A stretch of 64,000 nucleotides of DNA. Origin: Octopus vulgaris (Eukaryota). The DNA lies in NCBI GenBank assembly GCA_951406725.2, contig OX597815.1:105214001-105278000 (forward strand). Reading direction: 5' to 3'. The position numbers and the translations under genes were made by a program. A model generated the notes under the pieces. That model saw only the letters and a program-made list of their open reading frames with translations, was not told where the DNA came from and searched no databases. Of this stretch, positions 26,167 through 40,336 are shown one piece after another (the first letter of the stretch is position 1; every line of letters begins with the position of its first letter).

Positions 26167-28602
26167 GTTTGTATGCATGTATGTATGTATGTATGTATGA
26201 ATGTATGTATATATGTGTGTGTATACACATGCATATATGTATATAAAAGAGGTATGTGTATGTATACGTATACATATGCATATATGTATGTACATAAGTG
26301 TACAACTATGTATATATATATGCACGTATGCATGTATGTAATAAAATGTATCAAAGAATTGTTTTTAGATTTTTCGGATTACTTTCGATTTTAGGTAACC
26401 ACCATCCATGGAAGTACTTCATAAGGTAAATGCCTGGGTTATACATCTTAATCAATTTATCTACTAAAATACATACACACATATATATATTATATTTGTA
26501 AATACACACTAGCACACGCACACACACACACACACACACCATATTTAGTTCGTCCCGTTTTGCACCGCATTCTCATTGCATTGCATAGTTATTCTTTGAT
26601 TTCTTCGCGCAGGCTTTGGAGCAAGAAAGATATTTTTATGAGAATGGGTTGCTAACCCTGAGTATTTTACATGAAGTTATCATCCTCATTTGAATGATTA
26701 TATGTCACCGAGATCTGACAGACAGATAGTCAGAGAGAGAGAGAGAGAGGAAAAGAAAAGTGAATGAAATCCAGACTTTGTCTACCTTGGGTGATTTGAA
26801 ACTTGGAATTTGAACACAGAATGCAAAGTGCCGGAACAAACATTGCAAGGCGTTCGACTGACTGCCTAACGATTCTGCTAATTGACCATTCATACGGATA
26901 TCTATCCAGCTCTCTCTCTCTCTCTCTCTTTCTCTCTTTCTCTCTCTCTCTCTCTTTTCTCTCTCTCTCGCTCTAAGGGGTAGGTAATAGGAGAGATAGA
27001 TGGATGAGTAGAAAAACAGACTGACAGACAGACAGACAAATAGATAGATAGATTGACTGATAGATACACTAGCGTTCAAATTGAACTACATAATTATATA
27101 CCGTACGTAATTTTCCGAGGTGCTTGCATTTTTGTAAATGCATACTAAATGACGTATTTCTGTACTCATTTTCTCTGTTTTTCTAACTCTTTTTTCTAAT
27201 TCATTTTCTCTGTTTTTCTTTTTTAATTTCGTTTGTTTTTTTCATTCAAATATTGCGGATTCTACTTTAAAAATTGGCAATGACAATTTCTATGCAACAA
27301 CAATAAAAGAAGCGTAAAATGAATCTAGAAATATTAGAATAAATATATTAAGACCAATCAATCAAGTTCTATAATTAACTACATAAGCAAGTAAGATATT
27401 ATTGACGTTGAAAAATAACTGAATCGTTCGATGGTTGCGGATGCCATCAGCCTATTTTTCTCATCCGTGGGAGTGTAGTAGAGAAAAATGTCGTTAATAC
27501 TATTTATGGCCTGTCACTATACGCTTAATGCGCTTGCGTAGACGTACACACAAACGTAATTCCAATTGGATGCATAGACACACGCTCAAATAACAAATAT
27601 ATAGATATGTAGGCACATATATATTAATAAATGTATCTATTATATTTGTGAATGATTGAATATGTACATACATGCATACATATGTATGTATACACATACA
27701 AAGACATTCACGAGCGCAAATATGCATGTATAAATACATATACTCCAGCATGGTCATAGCCTTAGGGCTGACACATGTAAAAGAATAAAAGAATATACAT
27801 ACACTCACATACATGCATACATACATACATAAATACATACATACATACACACATGAGTGTAAACATATGTATATACGCGTATGTGTGAGAGTATGTTTGC
27901 GTATGTTTTTATGCATATATTCTTATGTCACACACACACACACACACACAACATATATATATATATATATGAATACATACGCGCGCACACATACGCTAAC
28001 ATACGCAGTGACATTCATGCTAACACACCACACCTTACATCTATATATAAAACATAACCATTATCCACAAACTAGCATGCGGGTATGATTTGGTAGTGTG
28101 ATCTATGATATTACACTCTTTATCCCAGTAGAAAATTTGAGATATCACAGTGAGTATCAATCGCGTGCACCAATTTTCGGCTGACACTTTGTGTGTGTGT
28201 ATGTGCACATATACACGCACGCGCGCGTGTGCGCCCGCAAGTATATATATGTATACGTAAGTTGTTTTATGTTAGACGAATGAGAGAGAGAGAGAGACGT
28301 GTTCAATACAAGCAATCGGGCGTTCTGGCGCCCATGACAGACGATTCTTATCTGCCATGATCTATGTGTGGACTTTTATGCGCCAAGCGCCTATATGATG
28401 GGATCTCTCAAGGCTAATAACGAGTGCTCGGTGTTCTAACGAGGTATCCACGTTAAGTTAGATATAAAGATTACCTTTTGATATCAATACTGCTTCTGTC
28501 CCTAATGATCAATTTTTTACATCGAAAGTCTATCTCACAACTCGAGTTTCATGTAGCTGCGATCCTCAGGCGAGTTCTCATAACACTTACGCATGCTTTA
28601 TC

Positions 28603-28720
<118 letters not shown>

Positions 28721-28904
28721 TATTTTTATATTTTGTTATCCTTATGTATTCATATACACATATATGGATATTTCTAATTTCCAACAACTGCATAGAACAT
28801 GCATTTATTTACTGCTTTCGGAGTTTGCATATGTGGAGGAAAATATAGGAGTCAGTGTAAAATTTGTGCTTTATTGTGCTTTATATCTCTCTTTAAAACA
28901 GCAA

Positions 28905-29090
28905 GTTAATAGAACTGATAGCACGCCGGAATAAATACTTAGCGGCATTCCTTCCGGCTTTACATTCTGAGTTCAAATTTCACCGAGTTCGACTTTGCAT
29001 TTCATCCTTTCGAAGTCGAGCACCGAGATCGATGTAATTGAATCACCCCCTTAAGTTTCATACCTTTTTGCCTATAAGTAAAAAGAATTA
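28905..29090 (+). mobile_element. SINE family A, decayed
   Basis: Core gagttcaaatttcaccgagttcgactttgcatttcatcctttcg. Confidence 0.75.
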
Positions 29091-29215
29091 TATTTCTTTT
29101 TGTAAATGGCTATAATCTCTATATTCGTATGTTGATTAATGTGGTTAAGTGATTTCATTAGTGTCTAATAAATGATGTAATCCCTTAACAAATGTTCAAA
29201 CACACGCCTTTAATA

Positions 29216-29804
29216 TCTCTATATATAAGTTTGACATGGGCGATTCTTTCTTGTCTTGAGATACGCGGTTAAACGGCTGGGGGGAATTGCGCGAAAAATT
29301 ACACAAACGTGTAGAATGATCCGGTGGCGATGCTGGTATTGTATTTTTTTCACAGCTCCCATGGTTACCGAGATAATCTACTATAATAATATTCATGTGT
29401 TTATGAATGCGAAAGGAAGAGGTGATAGATGAATAAAGAAGGAAGGGGTGATGCCATACTTAGTAGTGTACGCTGAAAAAATAAATCAAACGGCATTTCA
29501 ACAGTGTGTGAAGCTATGTGTGTGTATGTAAAAGGGGGGAGGTATGGAAATGTGTGTGTGTGCGTATGCGCACGTAATGGAAGTGGGAAAGTTCATCTTT
29601 GTTCGCTTAGTATTTGAGTTTATTTTTTCATTTGGTTGAATCTTGGTTGTTTTTTTTGTTGGTCAGTTTTTTTATAGCGTTTTGACAGAAAAAGTCATTC
29701 TAACATTGTGTTTTTAACGTAATCGTGCCCAAACAACTCAAATTCTTACAGAGAGCAGGTTTTACAGCCACATCATCCAAACCGACCGGGTGAAACCGGG
29801 CTAG
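29216..29804 (+). mobile_element. Non-autonomous Helitron
   Basis: 5' end A|TCTCTATATATAA. 3' end has a GC hairpin ccgggtgaaaccgg followed by CTAG|T. No TSD. Confidence 0.6.
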
Positions 29805-30232
29805 TGTATATATGTCTAGTGGTGCGTGCCTTGCTATATCTACAAAACTAAATTAGAAGCAAGTTTACAATAAAAATAAACCAGAAGTGCATTATCTACC
29901 GTATAACATGCTTATCAAATGGTATTTCTTTCAATATCGTTTCAAGCTAATGCTTGTCCACAAATCAATTAAATGTGTTGTTCAAGGTCAATGGAGGTAA
30001 TCCTTATTGCAGCTTTCTCAGATTCTTTATATATTTTTATAATTTTATATATTTTTTATTATTATAAACTGTATTTATCATTCTACATAGCCCAGTAATT
30101 CGTTTGACAATATATATTAATGTTTGTTTTTATGTTCAGTTATTATATAAACAATTTTGCATTAATCTGAAGGGTTAAGTCATACTTTTGTAGAGAACAA
30201 ATTTATTATTAACAAGAGAAGTACTAACAGTG

Positions 30233-30269
30233 GCTTCGAAGTTTCGACCACCTAAGCCAACATCAGAGG
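30233..30269 (-). ncRNA. Decayed hammerhead motif in a pLTR-like repeat (30105-30256 is partly repeated at 32070-32207)
   Basis: Minus strand cct-CTGATGt-tggc..ggtc-GAAAC. Core and cleavage site are mutated. Confidence 0.45.
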
Positions 30270-31616
30270 ATGATGCATTATAGTCTCTGTTGAGATAAGA
30301 AACATAACTGGGGTGGGGGGATCAGTTGAATGGTCATTAGGTTGTAGGGTTAGTTGTGACGGTGAGTTGTGACGGTGAGATGCTTTTGTTCAGAATTTGT
30401 TCATGTGTGTAGAATTTGTAAACAAGTGTGTATATTTAGGTGTTTCAGCTTGAAATTATAGAACTGTTTTTAGTGGTTCACAGAAAGAAAGTAGGCTGGG
30501 GGGTATTTATTAACTTTAGGTACTTTTAGTTTTATAGGATTTACTATTTTGCTTTGGCAAGGTTTAGGACAGCGCTTGGAAACAGTAATTGGATGTGTCA
30601 GCATTTTTTGTAATGGAATTTTTAAGGGTTCACAAAGTAAGTAATTAGGTGGTATATTTTAGCTGGTCGGTAAGTTTCTTTACTCATTGTTGATATTATT
30701 TAGGATATTTCCTGTTAGTATTTGGAAGGTGGAAGTTATTAGACGTGCATTTCTTGGTGTTGTTAGCATAGAAGTATGTTCATGCTTTGCTTTGATATTC
30801 ACAAAAGAGCGTGGGTGGGTGTAAAGGTTATTGGTCAGTGTATATATGTCTAGGGTTCTTTGTTCTGTAAACGCAAGAGTTGCAAAATACATTGTGCATT
30901 CAATAACCAATTGAAAAAGATAGCAAAAGAGGTACAATGATTAACACATACTGTATTAGCTTAACGCTTAAAGGATAGTAAAGATTTGTAAAGTGTCAGG
31001 CATTATTCATTCAACTGAAGAAAGAGAAAAACATAGGGAAGCGAGAGTTCGGAAAATATGTCAAAGGAAAAAGGAGAGAAAAGAAAAGAAAGGAAAGCGA
31101 GAAAATACTTGAAAAAGTAAAATTCTTTCCCTTCCTTTTAAGCGTTAAGCTCACACTGTTTGCTAAAACTTGTTCCTCTTGTATTATCTTTTTCGTTTCT
31201 TTCAATTTTTATTACATTTGCAAAATATTCTTACAATTACGCGCATCTCAGATATACTTCACTGCTCCATGCACTGCACGTAATCGCCAACGATCTCCTC
31301 ATCGCTTTCATATTTTTCGCTTTCTTCTTTTCCTTTTCTTTTCCGTTAATCTCTCATATTTTCTTCCTCACTACACCAATGCATTTTTCGATTTTGGAAT
31401 AAAAGTATCAGCCTAAACTTTGCAACTTCTTTCGTTACTTTTAGGATTTAAGCTAATATAATATTTGTTAAAATTTAATTGTCTTCTTTTCTTTATTGTT
31501 CACTGCATTTACAATATATATGAAATAAGCACTTATACGTTGTGTATAATATCTATGTTGTGTGTGTGTGTGTTTGTTTGAGTGTGTGTGTGTGTGTGTG
31601 TTATGTATATTATAGT

Positions 31617-31938
31617 GAAGACGCATGGCTAAGTGGTTAGAGCGTCGGGCTCACAATTGTGATGTAGTGAGTTTGAATCCCGGACTGGGCTGTGTTGTGT
31701 TCTTGAGAAAGACACTTTATTTCACGTTACTTCAGTTCACTCAGCTGTAGAAACGAGTTGCGACGCCATTGGTGACAAGTTGTATCGGTCTTTGCCTTTC
31801 CCTGGGATAGCATCAGTGGCGTGGAGAAAAGAGACTGGTCTGCATAAGCAGCTGCCAATCTTCCATTAACAAACTTGCCCAGACTTGTGCCTCGGAGGAT
31901 AACTTTCTAGGTGCAATCCCATGGTCGAATGAAGGGGT
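31617..31938 (+). mobile_element. tRNA-derived SINE, family C
   Basis: Box A tggctaagtggttagagc and box B gagtttgaatccc, then tgtgttcttgagaaagacact core. Confidence 0.8.
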
Positions 31939-32006
31939 TTTTATATGTATGTTGTATACATTTAATTCGTAACATACCTGTATACATACATACATACATA
32001 CATACA

Positions 32007-32064
<58 letters not shown>

Positions 32065-32638
32065 ATATTATACAATATTAACGTTTGTTTTTATGTCCAA
32101 TTATAATAAAAGTAACTTTACATTACTCTATACTTTTGTAGAGTGCAAAATTCTTATTCTTATACAAGAATATCCTTGATAGTAACTTCAAAGTTCCGGC
32201 CAGCTAAGTGATTGGTATTACATTTGTTCCTTCATTGCGATTTTGTGAACAATACATGGTTCAGGAAATCATAAATATTAATACTATGTAATATTACAAC
32301 ACATTATATGTGATGCATGGTAATTTCATTAAGCAAAGGTTAGAAAGTAATGGATCACGTTTGATATGTCGTAATATTACATAATTGCCATGTTCATGAG
32401 TTGTCTGAATTGTTAAAACGATCTTAACGAAGAAATAGATGTAATGCGTATACCTTTTTTACTTGGACCCTCTCTATTATACTCCACGACTTACAAGTTT
32501 TCCCTGTGGCGATTTGCTCGATTAAAGGCGGTGCTCCAGCATGGCCGCAGTCAAATGACTGAAACAAGTAAAAGAGTAAAAAGAGTATATATATATATTC
32601 CGAACCCAAATACTTACCTCTCTTTAACCATCTCACAC

Positions 32639-32689
32639 AGTCTCTGATGAAAGGATATCCATAATACCCCCAGAAGCATCTGTAAGACT
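32639..32689 (+). ncRNA. Type I hammerhead with mutated GAAA
   Basis: AGUCU-CUGAUGA-aaggauau..auacccc-caGAAgC-aucu-GUA^AGACU. Stem I agtct/agact is perfect. Confidence 0.65.
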
Positions 32690-32945
32690 ATATCTATACC
32701 GTTTTCTCTTTAAAAGTCCTGAAAACTCCTCACAGCCTCGCCTACCTCATTTTGTGTAATATATATATATGTGTGTGTGAGAGAGTGTGGGCGCGTATAT
32801 ATATATAAATACATATTTATATATATATATATCTTTATATATATATATATATATATTATATATATTACATATATATAAAGATGTATATATATAAACGTAT
32901 ATATATATATATAAATATTTATATATATATATATATATATATATA

Positions 32946-32996
32946 AGCTTCCTGAAGATTTCTCTTGAATGAAACAGTTCTAGTCCTGTAGAAGCT
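32946..32996 (+). ncRNA. Type I hammerhead ribozyme with intact core
   Basis: AGCUUC-CUGAAGA-U-UUC-UCUU-GAA-U-GAAA-CAG-uucuaguc-CUG-UA^GAAGCU: 6-bp stem I, 3-bp stem II plus U.U, 4-bp stem III, GUA cleavage after 32990. Confidence 0.85.
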
Positions 32997-33117
32997 CCTT
33001 CTATATAATAAATATATATATATATATATATAAATAGATATATTTATATATATATATATAGTACGTTTAAATATTTGTTGTGCAAGATTTTTTATGTGAA
33101 GTTGTGTGTTGAAACAG

Positions 33118-33563
33118 ATATTGTTATATTTCGGAATGGTCATATTGCCAGTTTAGCCAATAAAAACACACACACTATATATTTGGTGTTATTTTGCTTC
33201 AGTGTTATTTGTTTTTTACATTAATCTTAATCTTATTTCGGTCAGAGTTCTTTCGTCACACTCCTGTGACCGCATCAGTGGTCCTTTGTTTTCTTCATTC
33301 TTATTTGTGTCTCTCCTTACTAACCGTCAGCCATACAAAATTTTGTATGGCTGACGGTTAGTAAGGAGAGACACAAATAAGAAAGAAGAAAACAAAGGAC
33401 CACTGATGCGGTCACAGGAGTGTGACGAAAGAACTCTGACCGAAATAAGATTAAGATTAATGTAAAAAATAAATAACACTGAAGCAAAATAACACCAAAT
33501 ATATAGTGCGTGTGTTTTTATTGGCTAAACTGGCAATATGACTATTCCTAAATATAACAATAT
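33118..33563. repeat. Spacerless palindrome with 223-bp arms
   Basis: Axis at 33340/33341 (catacaaaa|ttttgtatg), about 5 mismatches. The right arm is homologous to the unfolded copy at about 47800-47973. Confidence 0.95.
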
Positions 33564-33582
33564 ATATATAAATATATGTGTG

Positions 33583-33647
<65 letters not shown>

Positions 33648-35825
33648 CACTTAAACTGGTGGCGTTTAGCCTTCGTATGAGGACTGCGATTACATTACAT
33701 CATAATTGTGTTTTAAGTATTTTTCAGGACAATCTATCATTCAGTATTGATCGCAATGCTTCCTAAATCAACAGTTTCTAAATAGAATAAAGTCAAAATA
33801 GAATAATTTCATTTGAATTTAATATCAGATTTCGTATATTGACTTCTTCACTTCTGATCTTAGGAACCTGATCTAATCGCAAAATCTGTTTTTTTTTTCT
33901 TTTTTACTTTATAATCGTTATATTCTATTTCTAGGAATGTGTGTTACCTTCATATTCCAAGATGGATAAATTTACCTATTAGTAATTGCTCTTTTGCCTC
34001 CCATTATTTTCATCAACATCCTTTCTTTCTTGCACTATTTTTAGATGTCTTATAATTAACTGCTGGGAATCTCAGTGTTTAAACACGATCAGTAGTGCAA
34101 GTACATTATTGGTGAAGATCTGCTCGAATAGCTTTCAACTTGGAGTTTATTGGTCTAAAATTATGAGTTCTATTCTCATTGTCTCGTTCTTTAAAATATA
34201 TAGACACCTGACCTGTCATTCATTATGTCAATGCATGTCACCTACATAGAATATTATTCGATTATTCATTTGTGAGAACCCATGTTTATCCCACAATCTC
34301 ATTACAACATATCAATAGTAATATTTTCCAAATTTAGTAACTTGTTACACTATGTTTTCAATCTAGCGGTCTTATATTACAAGGTGTGCTTGTTCATTTT
34401 CATTATTTAAATTAGCTGATGTTTCAGCAATCATTTTGTTATGATTGTTAGATTTTTTCAATTTGAGAACCTTACAAGATCATAGCGCTTCTCTTTTGTG
34501 TTGGACGAATTTATATAGTTTTCCACATTTATTCGCAACAATAATTTCATTTTTCAAAAACAGATATGGCTTTCTCATTACGCCTCTCGCCGTTTACATC
34601 TCGCTTATGATCTATGTAAACATACAACACTATAACTAAATTAATTATTTTAGTTTTCTCAATTCAACCATAAGCATTCATTCTCTTCACAACGTGAACC
34701 TCAGTTTACACCAAACAATGTTTCAATTATATTTTTATTAATTTTTATATACCTTTTACAGTTATTTTAGCTTTAATCAGCTAGTTGTAGAAGGAAGGAC
34801 ATTACCAAAAAATTGTTTTAATGTCTCAGAAATTAGCAAGAGGAAGGGTGGAAGAGGGGAAGAAACAGGGTTATCATCATTGTGGAAACCCAACCGGAAG
34901 GCTTGCAACAGAATAGACTGTGCTGAAGACATCCAAGGTTCACGTAAATGTTTTTAACCATATAATGGTTAAAAAATTTCAGCATCTCATAGCAAGAAGA
35001 GTCTCTTTGACATTCACAGAGCTTTGGTTATTCAAAGTGTATCATAAACGGTATGTTATTTGGTTGAACCCAAAACCATGTAGTTGCAAAGTGAACGCCT
35101 GAATCTTACAGCTAAGAGGTTCTCACACAATCAAGTAGTATAAAGAGTAGAAGAAATTAACATAGTCGTTGTTTTCTATACCTTCTCAGAGACTGATGAA
35201 GCAGGTATACTTGATTCATTTTTAGTTATTTCCTTTTGAACATCTGCAGGCACGTGTTGAAATCAAAAACTAAACAAGACGGATATTTTATTGAGTTATA
35301 AAGAAGAAAGATTCCAGCACCGTTTTAAAAATGGAAGGTGTGTGGAGTCAGTTTAGGAATGAGATGACAAAACTATTTAATTCAAAAGAACAGGGCATGT
35401 TGTAGTAACAAGAAGTCGTTTATAAACTTTTAATTGACATTAATATAATGGATGTGCCAAATCAATTTTTATAAATTACCTTACCTATTTCATTCAAGTG
35501 TAATAAAGAAAATATAATATACTGCATTCAGCTATTTTTGTAATAAGTGAAAATTAATAAGAATTAAATAAAAGTGCAAATATAGGATATAATACGAATG
35601 CAATGGGAGTCAGAAGAATCTACACCAGCAACAATGATTATTGGTGAGTTTGAAGGGCATTGAAAAAGGGAGAGGCTTGCTTTGGCAAGTCATTTTGGGA
35701 AAAAAATGCTGGGATTTTTTATGGCTTCCAGACGAAAGAGAATTTCAAAGATTCATGTTTCATAGATCCATCAGGTAACATTGAGATTTGTGCATAATCT
35801 TCTTTTGTTCTGCGTTTCAATTATG

Positions 35826-36020
35826 AGGCAAACAACTACTCTAAATTATTAGAGAGCATACATTGCAGTTTTAATAAACTTGGATATAACGGGAGCATCA
35901 AAATCTGTTATCTCCATAGTCACTTGGATCACTTTCCACTAAAGGTTAGCGAGTTAAACAAAACAGCAATATTTTCTACGTGATATAAAAACAATGGAGA
36001 GAACTAACAGGGAAAATGAC
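35826..36020 (+). mobile_element. DNA transposase C-terminal remnant, Chapaev3-like
   Basis: ANNYSKLLESIHCSFNKLGYNGSIKICYLHSHLDHFP...DIKTME matches the KIHFLHSHLDxFP..ERFHQDI motif. The family assignment is from memory. Confidence 0.6.
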
Positions 36021-37656
36021 GCGGAGTTTGAACACTCATGAAAAGTCTATAAGTGAGTTATAATTACTTTTGATTGTGATACAGTAAAATCTAAACTGCA
36101 CGCTGAAATAAATTGGTTTAGCAATATGTGGTTGTTTTAATTGCATGTAATATATATTGATGATGTGTTATTTTATTTTATCAAAATAGCGAATCATTAA
36201 TTAATTAAAACTGATGGGGCAAAATTGGTGTTTATTGCATGCATTGCAAAGACCTAATCTATGTTTGTGCAAAGAAACAGTTACCAAGTGATTGATTACA
36301 AACAAACACAGACCTATAAATATCCATGAGAGAAAACTCCATTTAACAAAAATAATCGACAATCAGACGACAGAAATAAAGATTTTTAGAACTAATACTC
36401 AAAACACTATAAAATAATAAGAAAATTTGCGCAGCACTATTTTCAAATTTTTCAGTTATAGCAGCATGATCCAATATAAATGCACTGATAGTGAAATAAT
36501 AAGATTGGGCAGAAAACAAGAAAATTGGTGATGCCAAAATGTGAATATTTACAGGAAGTATTAATCTACGAGCGGAAGACAACTAACTACAATAAGACTT
36601 TTTATATATAAATCATTACAAAGAACTTATACAATATATTGCCGAAAATATGTCGGGCAATTAACAGAAATAGTTAAACAAGAGATAGTTTTCTCAATTT
36701 CCTGGGAGGCCAACAAATAAAGAAAATAATTAGAGTAGGGAAGGAGAGGGTAGAATAGGAAAGAGAGCTTATATAAAGAAATAAAGAAGGTTAATTATGT
36801 TAAATAAATGGCTGGGACATAGGAGAATTATGTGAATAATATGTTTGGCATCCAAGTGTCAGAATCTAGAGCAGAAAATATGCTTGTAGCAAAGTATCAA
36901 TATTTACCTAGCAAGGTCTACTCGGACGCGTTATGTCTACAAAGAAACAATTAATTACATTATCTCCCATCGTTCACTCATTGAAAACCAACAAGTGAAT
37001 AGCCTGAAGAAAACAACACAGTTGCTAGCTATGAACACTATAAACTAGGCAAAAGCCTTGGCACAAAAATAACTAAGAATGTAACTATACATTACGTCTA
37101 AAAGTACAATACTCTATCATTTTACTTAAATCTGCTGGCTAAAACATATAATCAAATTTCCCATGTGTCATTGTTAAGAAACTAAGATTTCGGCTAAAAT
37201 GCCTGTTTAAAGATATCTTTGTTTTAGTGGATGAAGTTATGTTTGACATAGCTGGAGACAAAATAAAATACTGCAAATGGGAATATGCTATCTTAGATTT
37301 AAAGTTACAAAACTATCTCTGTAACAATGGTTGTACTTCAACTTGTAATATAGGGATGAAATACACAAACCAGAAAATCACCATCTATTTAATGGGGAAA
37401 ATAGCATTCTTGCTAAGTACTGAACGAAATTTTATGCACGTCATTGACTCACTAGCAAGATTGCGGGTCATCAAGATAGCCAAAACGGATTTTGTGTTGC
37501 TGATGTTGATGTTGCTGTGTGTCGTGCGTGTGCGCGCGTGCATGCTGCATGTATATGTGTGTGTGCGCGCGCATGCGTCCTGCTTGTGCATATGTGTGTG
37601 TGTGCGTGCGGGCTGCTTGTGTGTGTGTGCATGCGTGTGTGTGCGCTATGTACTGC

Positions 37657-37749
<93 letters not shown>

Positions 37750-39535
37750 TGTGTTTGGGTATTATTTCAAACAAAGACTATTTGAATATTTTGGACTGTC
37801 TACTCGTACCGGAATTTGATAACAACGTCGGCTTTTTTTTACAAATCCAGTTTTATTTTACTGACTAATTGCAAGAGAATATTGAAGCTTTCTTACATGG
37901 GAACTACCCGATGAAGATATTCATTTAACTAAGTAAAACAAGAAACAGACAAAAAATGCAAACAAATTATTAATGAACATATACCAATAGGAGAAAATTT
38001 TTTTTTAAATATGACATTGCAAGAAGAAAAACAGACTGCACATTCAGCGTGAGGTGCAGTACTTTGGTATGGAGATCTTCTCTTATGAAAAAGAGGCTGT
38101 CTATCAGAAAGGCTAATGCCTGATTGATGAAGATGAGTCTGTTTCCTCAAAAAAATCAGCGAGTCTCAAGTGAAGAGGAGTCCACTTTCTGGCTGATTGA
38201 AATTATCACCAATGCTATTCAAAAGGTCAACAAAAAATAGAACACACTTATGAAATTAGCGTTAACAATCTGGATCGGACGGAAGATGGAACGATTGCTG
38301 TTGTTGTCGTTGTTGTTTGAGATGAGCATCGAAGAAGCTTTTCCTAATAGATCACACCCAATTTGGCAGACTTTGTATTGTGAGAACGATTTAAAAATGC
38401 CTAGAGACCCTAGCATTATTTTTGGAATAGTTTTAGGTGTATTTCTTATAGCTAACCTATTAGTTTTACAGAAATATTGTCTGTTATTCCAGTTTTACCA
38501 ATTATAGATTGGATAACTACTTATATGCGATAATGTCTTTTATTCATCAGCAGCATAATTATTTGGCTTTTTCTATTCAATTATGCTCATAGTAGTCATT
38601 CATTGTCGTGAAATGAATTATTAATACACTATTACTTTTGTCATGAAAATTTGTTAGATATCTTAAACAGTCTATGATTTATTCACTGGGCGCAGTATTT
38701 TTGACTTCTTCACAATATAAGGACAGGCTCAATATGTTGGTATATGAACTAGATTTGTCAGTAATTTGGAAGTCTCCATCCCAGATACTAGTATAAACAT
38801 CACTTAGATCTATTTGTTGATATGAAAGTGATAAATATACTGTGCAGCATTCTGTTACTCACTGGGTATTCGTTTAAAGCAACAAAAATGAATTTAATAT
38901 CTATAAATATATATGGTGGCATACGTACTAAGAAATTTGGTACTTTTCTGAAACAACAACACTTATTTCAAGACTTTCTTAAATTAACCAGTACAATGGC
39001 TTAGAAATATACATATCAAATTCTTCGAAGAAGAAAATACATGTTAATAATCTCGCAAGGATATGATGCACTTGGGTAAATAAAAAAAAGTACGTGGTGA
39101 CGCCAGGCTGCACGAAATATAAAAGAACGTTCCTCAACGCTTGCGCACATATTTGTGTGCAATTTACATAGTGTAATATTAAATTAATGCCTGGTCTATA
39201 CTTAGTTCTATCTTTATATTTTCCCCGCTGTGTATCAAATTGTTATATGTATAATCATTAACATTCTACCGTGACTTTATTAGTCATGCGCCTCTGGATG
39301 AATATATACATGATGAATACAAATAATTAATTGAAATGAAAAACATAATCACGTAAGTTGTGATGACAGATTAGCCGAGGGGATGGTTGATTGAACTGAT
39401 TCCAATACGAGTCTACGTTTTTATTTTATCGCTCGGAGAGAAAGGAAAGATAAATTCGATCACGGAATTTACCTTTCATTCTTCAAAACTAGGGCCAACA
39501 GACGAAATATATGCTACTACTATTATTACTTGTAG

Positions 39536-40336
39536 CAGCAAGCCGGCGATCTGGCAGAAACGTTAGCACACCGTGACAAATGCTTAGTGGTATTTCGTCT
39601 GCCGCTACGGTCTGAGTTCAAATTCCGCCGAGGTCGATTTTGCCTTTCATCCTTTCGGGATCGATTAAATAAGTAACAGTTACGCACTGGGGTCGATATA
39701 ATCGACTTAATCCGTTTGTCCCTTCTGTGTTTAGCCCCTTGTGGGTAGTAAAGAAATAGGTATTTCCTCTGCCGCTACTTTCTAAGTTCAAATTCCGCCG
39801 AGGTCGACTTTGCTTTTCATCCTTTCGGAGTCGATGAAATAAATACCAGTTAAGCACTGAGGTCAATGTAATCGACTGGCCCTCTTCCCCACAAAATTTT
39901 CAAGGCCTTGTGCCTAGAGTAGAAATAATTATTACTTGTAGTTAGGAGGCGTGCTGGCAGAATCGTTAGCACCCCGGGACAAATGCTTAGCGGTATTTCG
40001 TCTGCCATTACATTCTAAGTTCAAGTTCCGCCGAGGTCGACTTTGCCTTTCATCCTTTCGGGGTTGATTAAATAAGTAACAGTTACGCACTGGGGTCGAT
40101 ATAATCGACTTAATCCGTTTGTCTGTCCTTGTTTGTTCTCTCTGTGTTTAGCCCCTTGTGGGTAGTAAAGAAATAGGTCATTCGTCTGCTGCTACGTTCT
40201 GAGTTCAAATTCCGCCGAGGCTGGCTATGCCTTTCATCCTTTCGGGCTTGATAAATTAAGTACCAGGGTCGATGTAATTGACACGTCCTCTCCCCACTAA
40301 AAATGGCTGCCCTTGTGGCAAAATTTGAAACCCTTG
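39536..40336 (+). mobile_element. Cluster of two dimeric family-A SINEs
   Basis: Four repeats of the gagttcaaattccgccgaggtcgactttgcctttcatcc core. ttacttgtag occurs at 39526, 39932 and 40337. Confidence 0.9.

Noticed and set aside
35190-35270. CTGATGA followed by a small hairpin
   Set aside because: No correctly placed GAAA, stem III or stem I partner.
39540-40336. CRISPR-like regularly spaced repeats
   Set aside because: The repeats are eukaryotic SINE monomers with homologous rather than unique spacers, and no cas genes are present.
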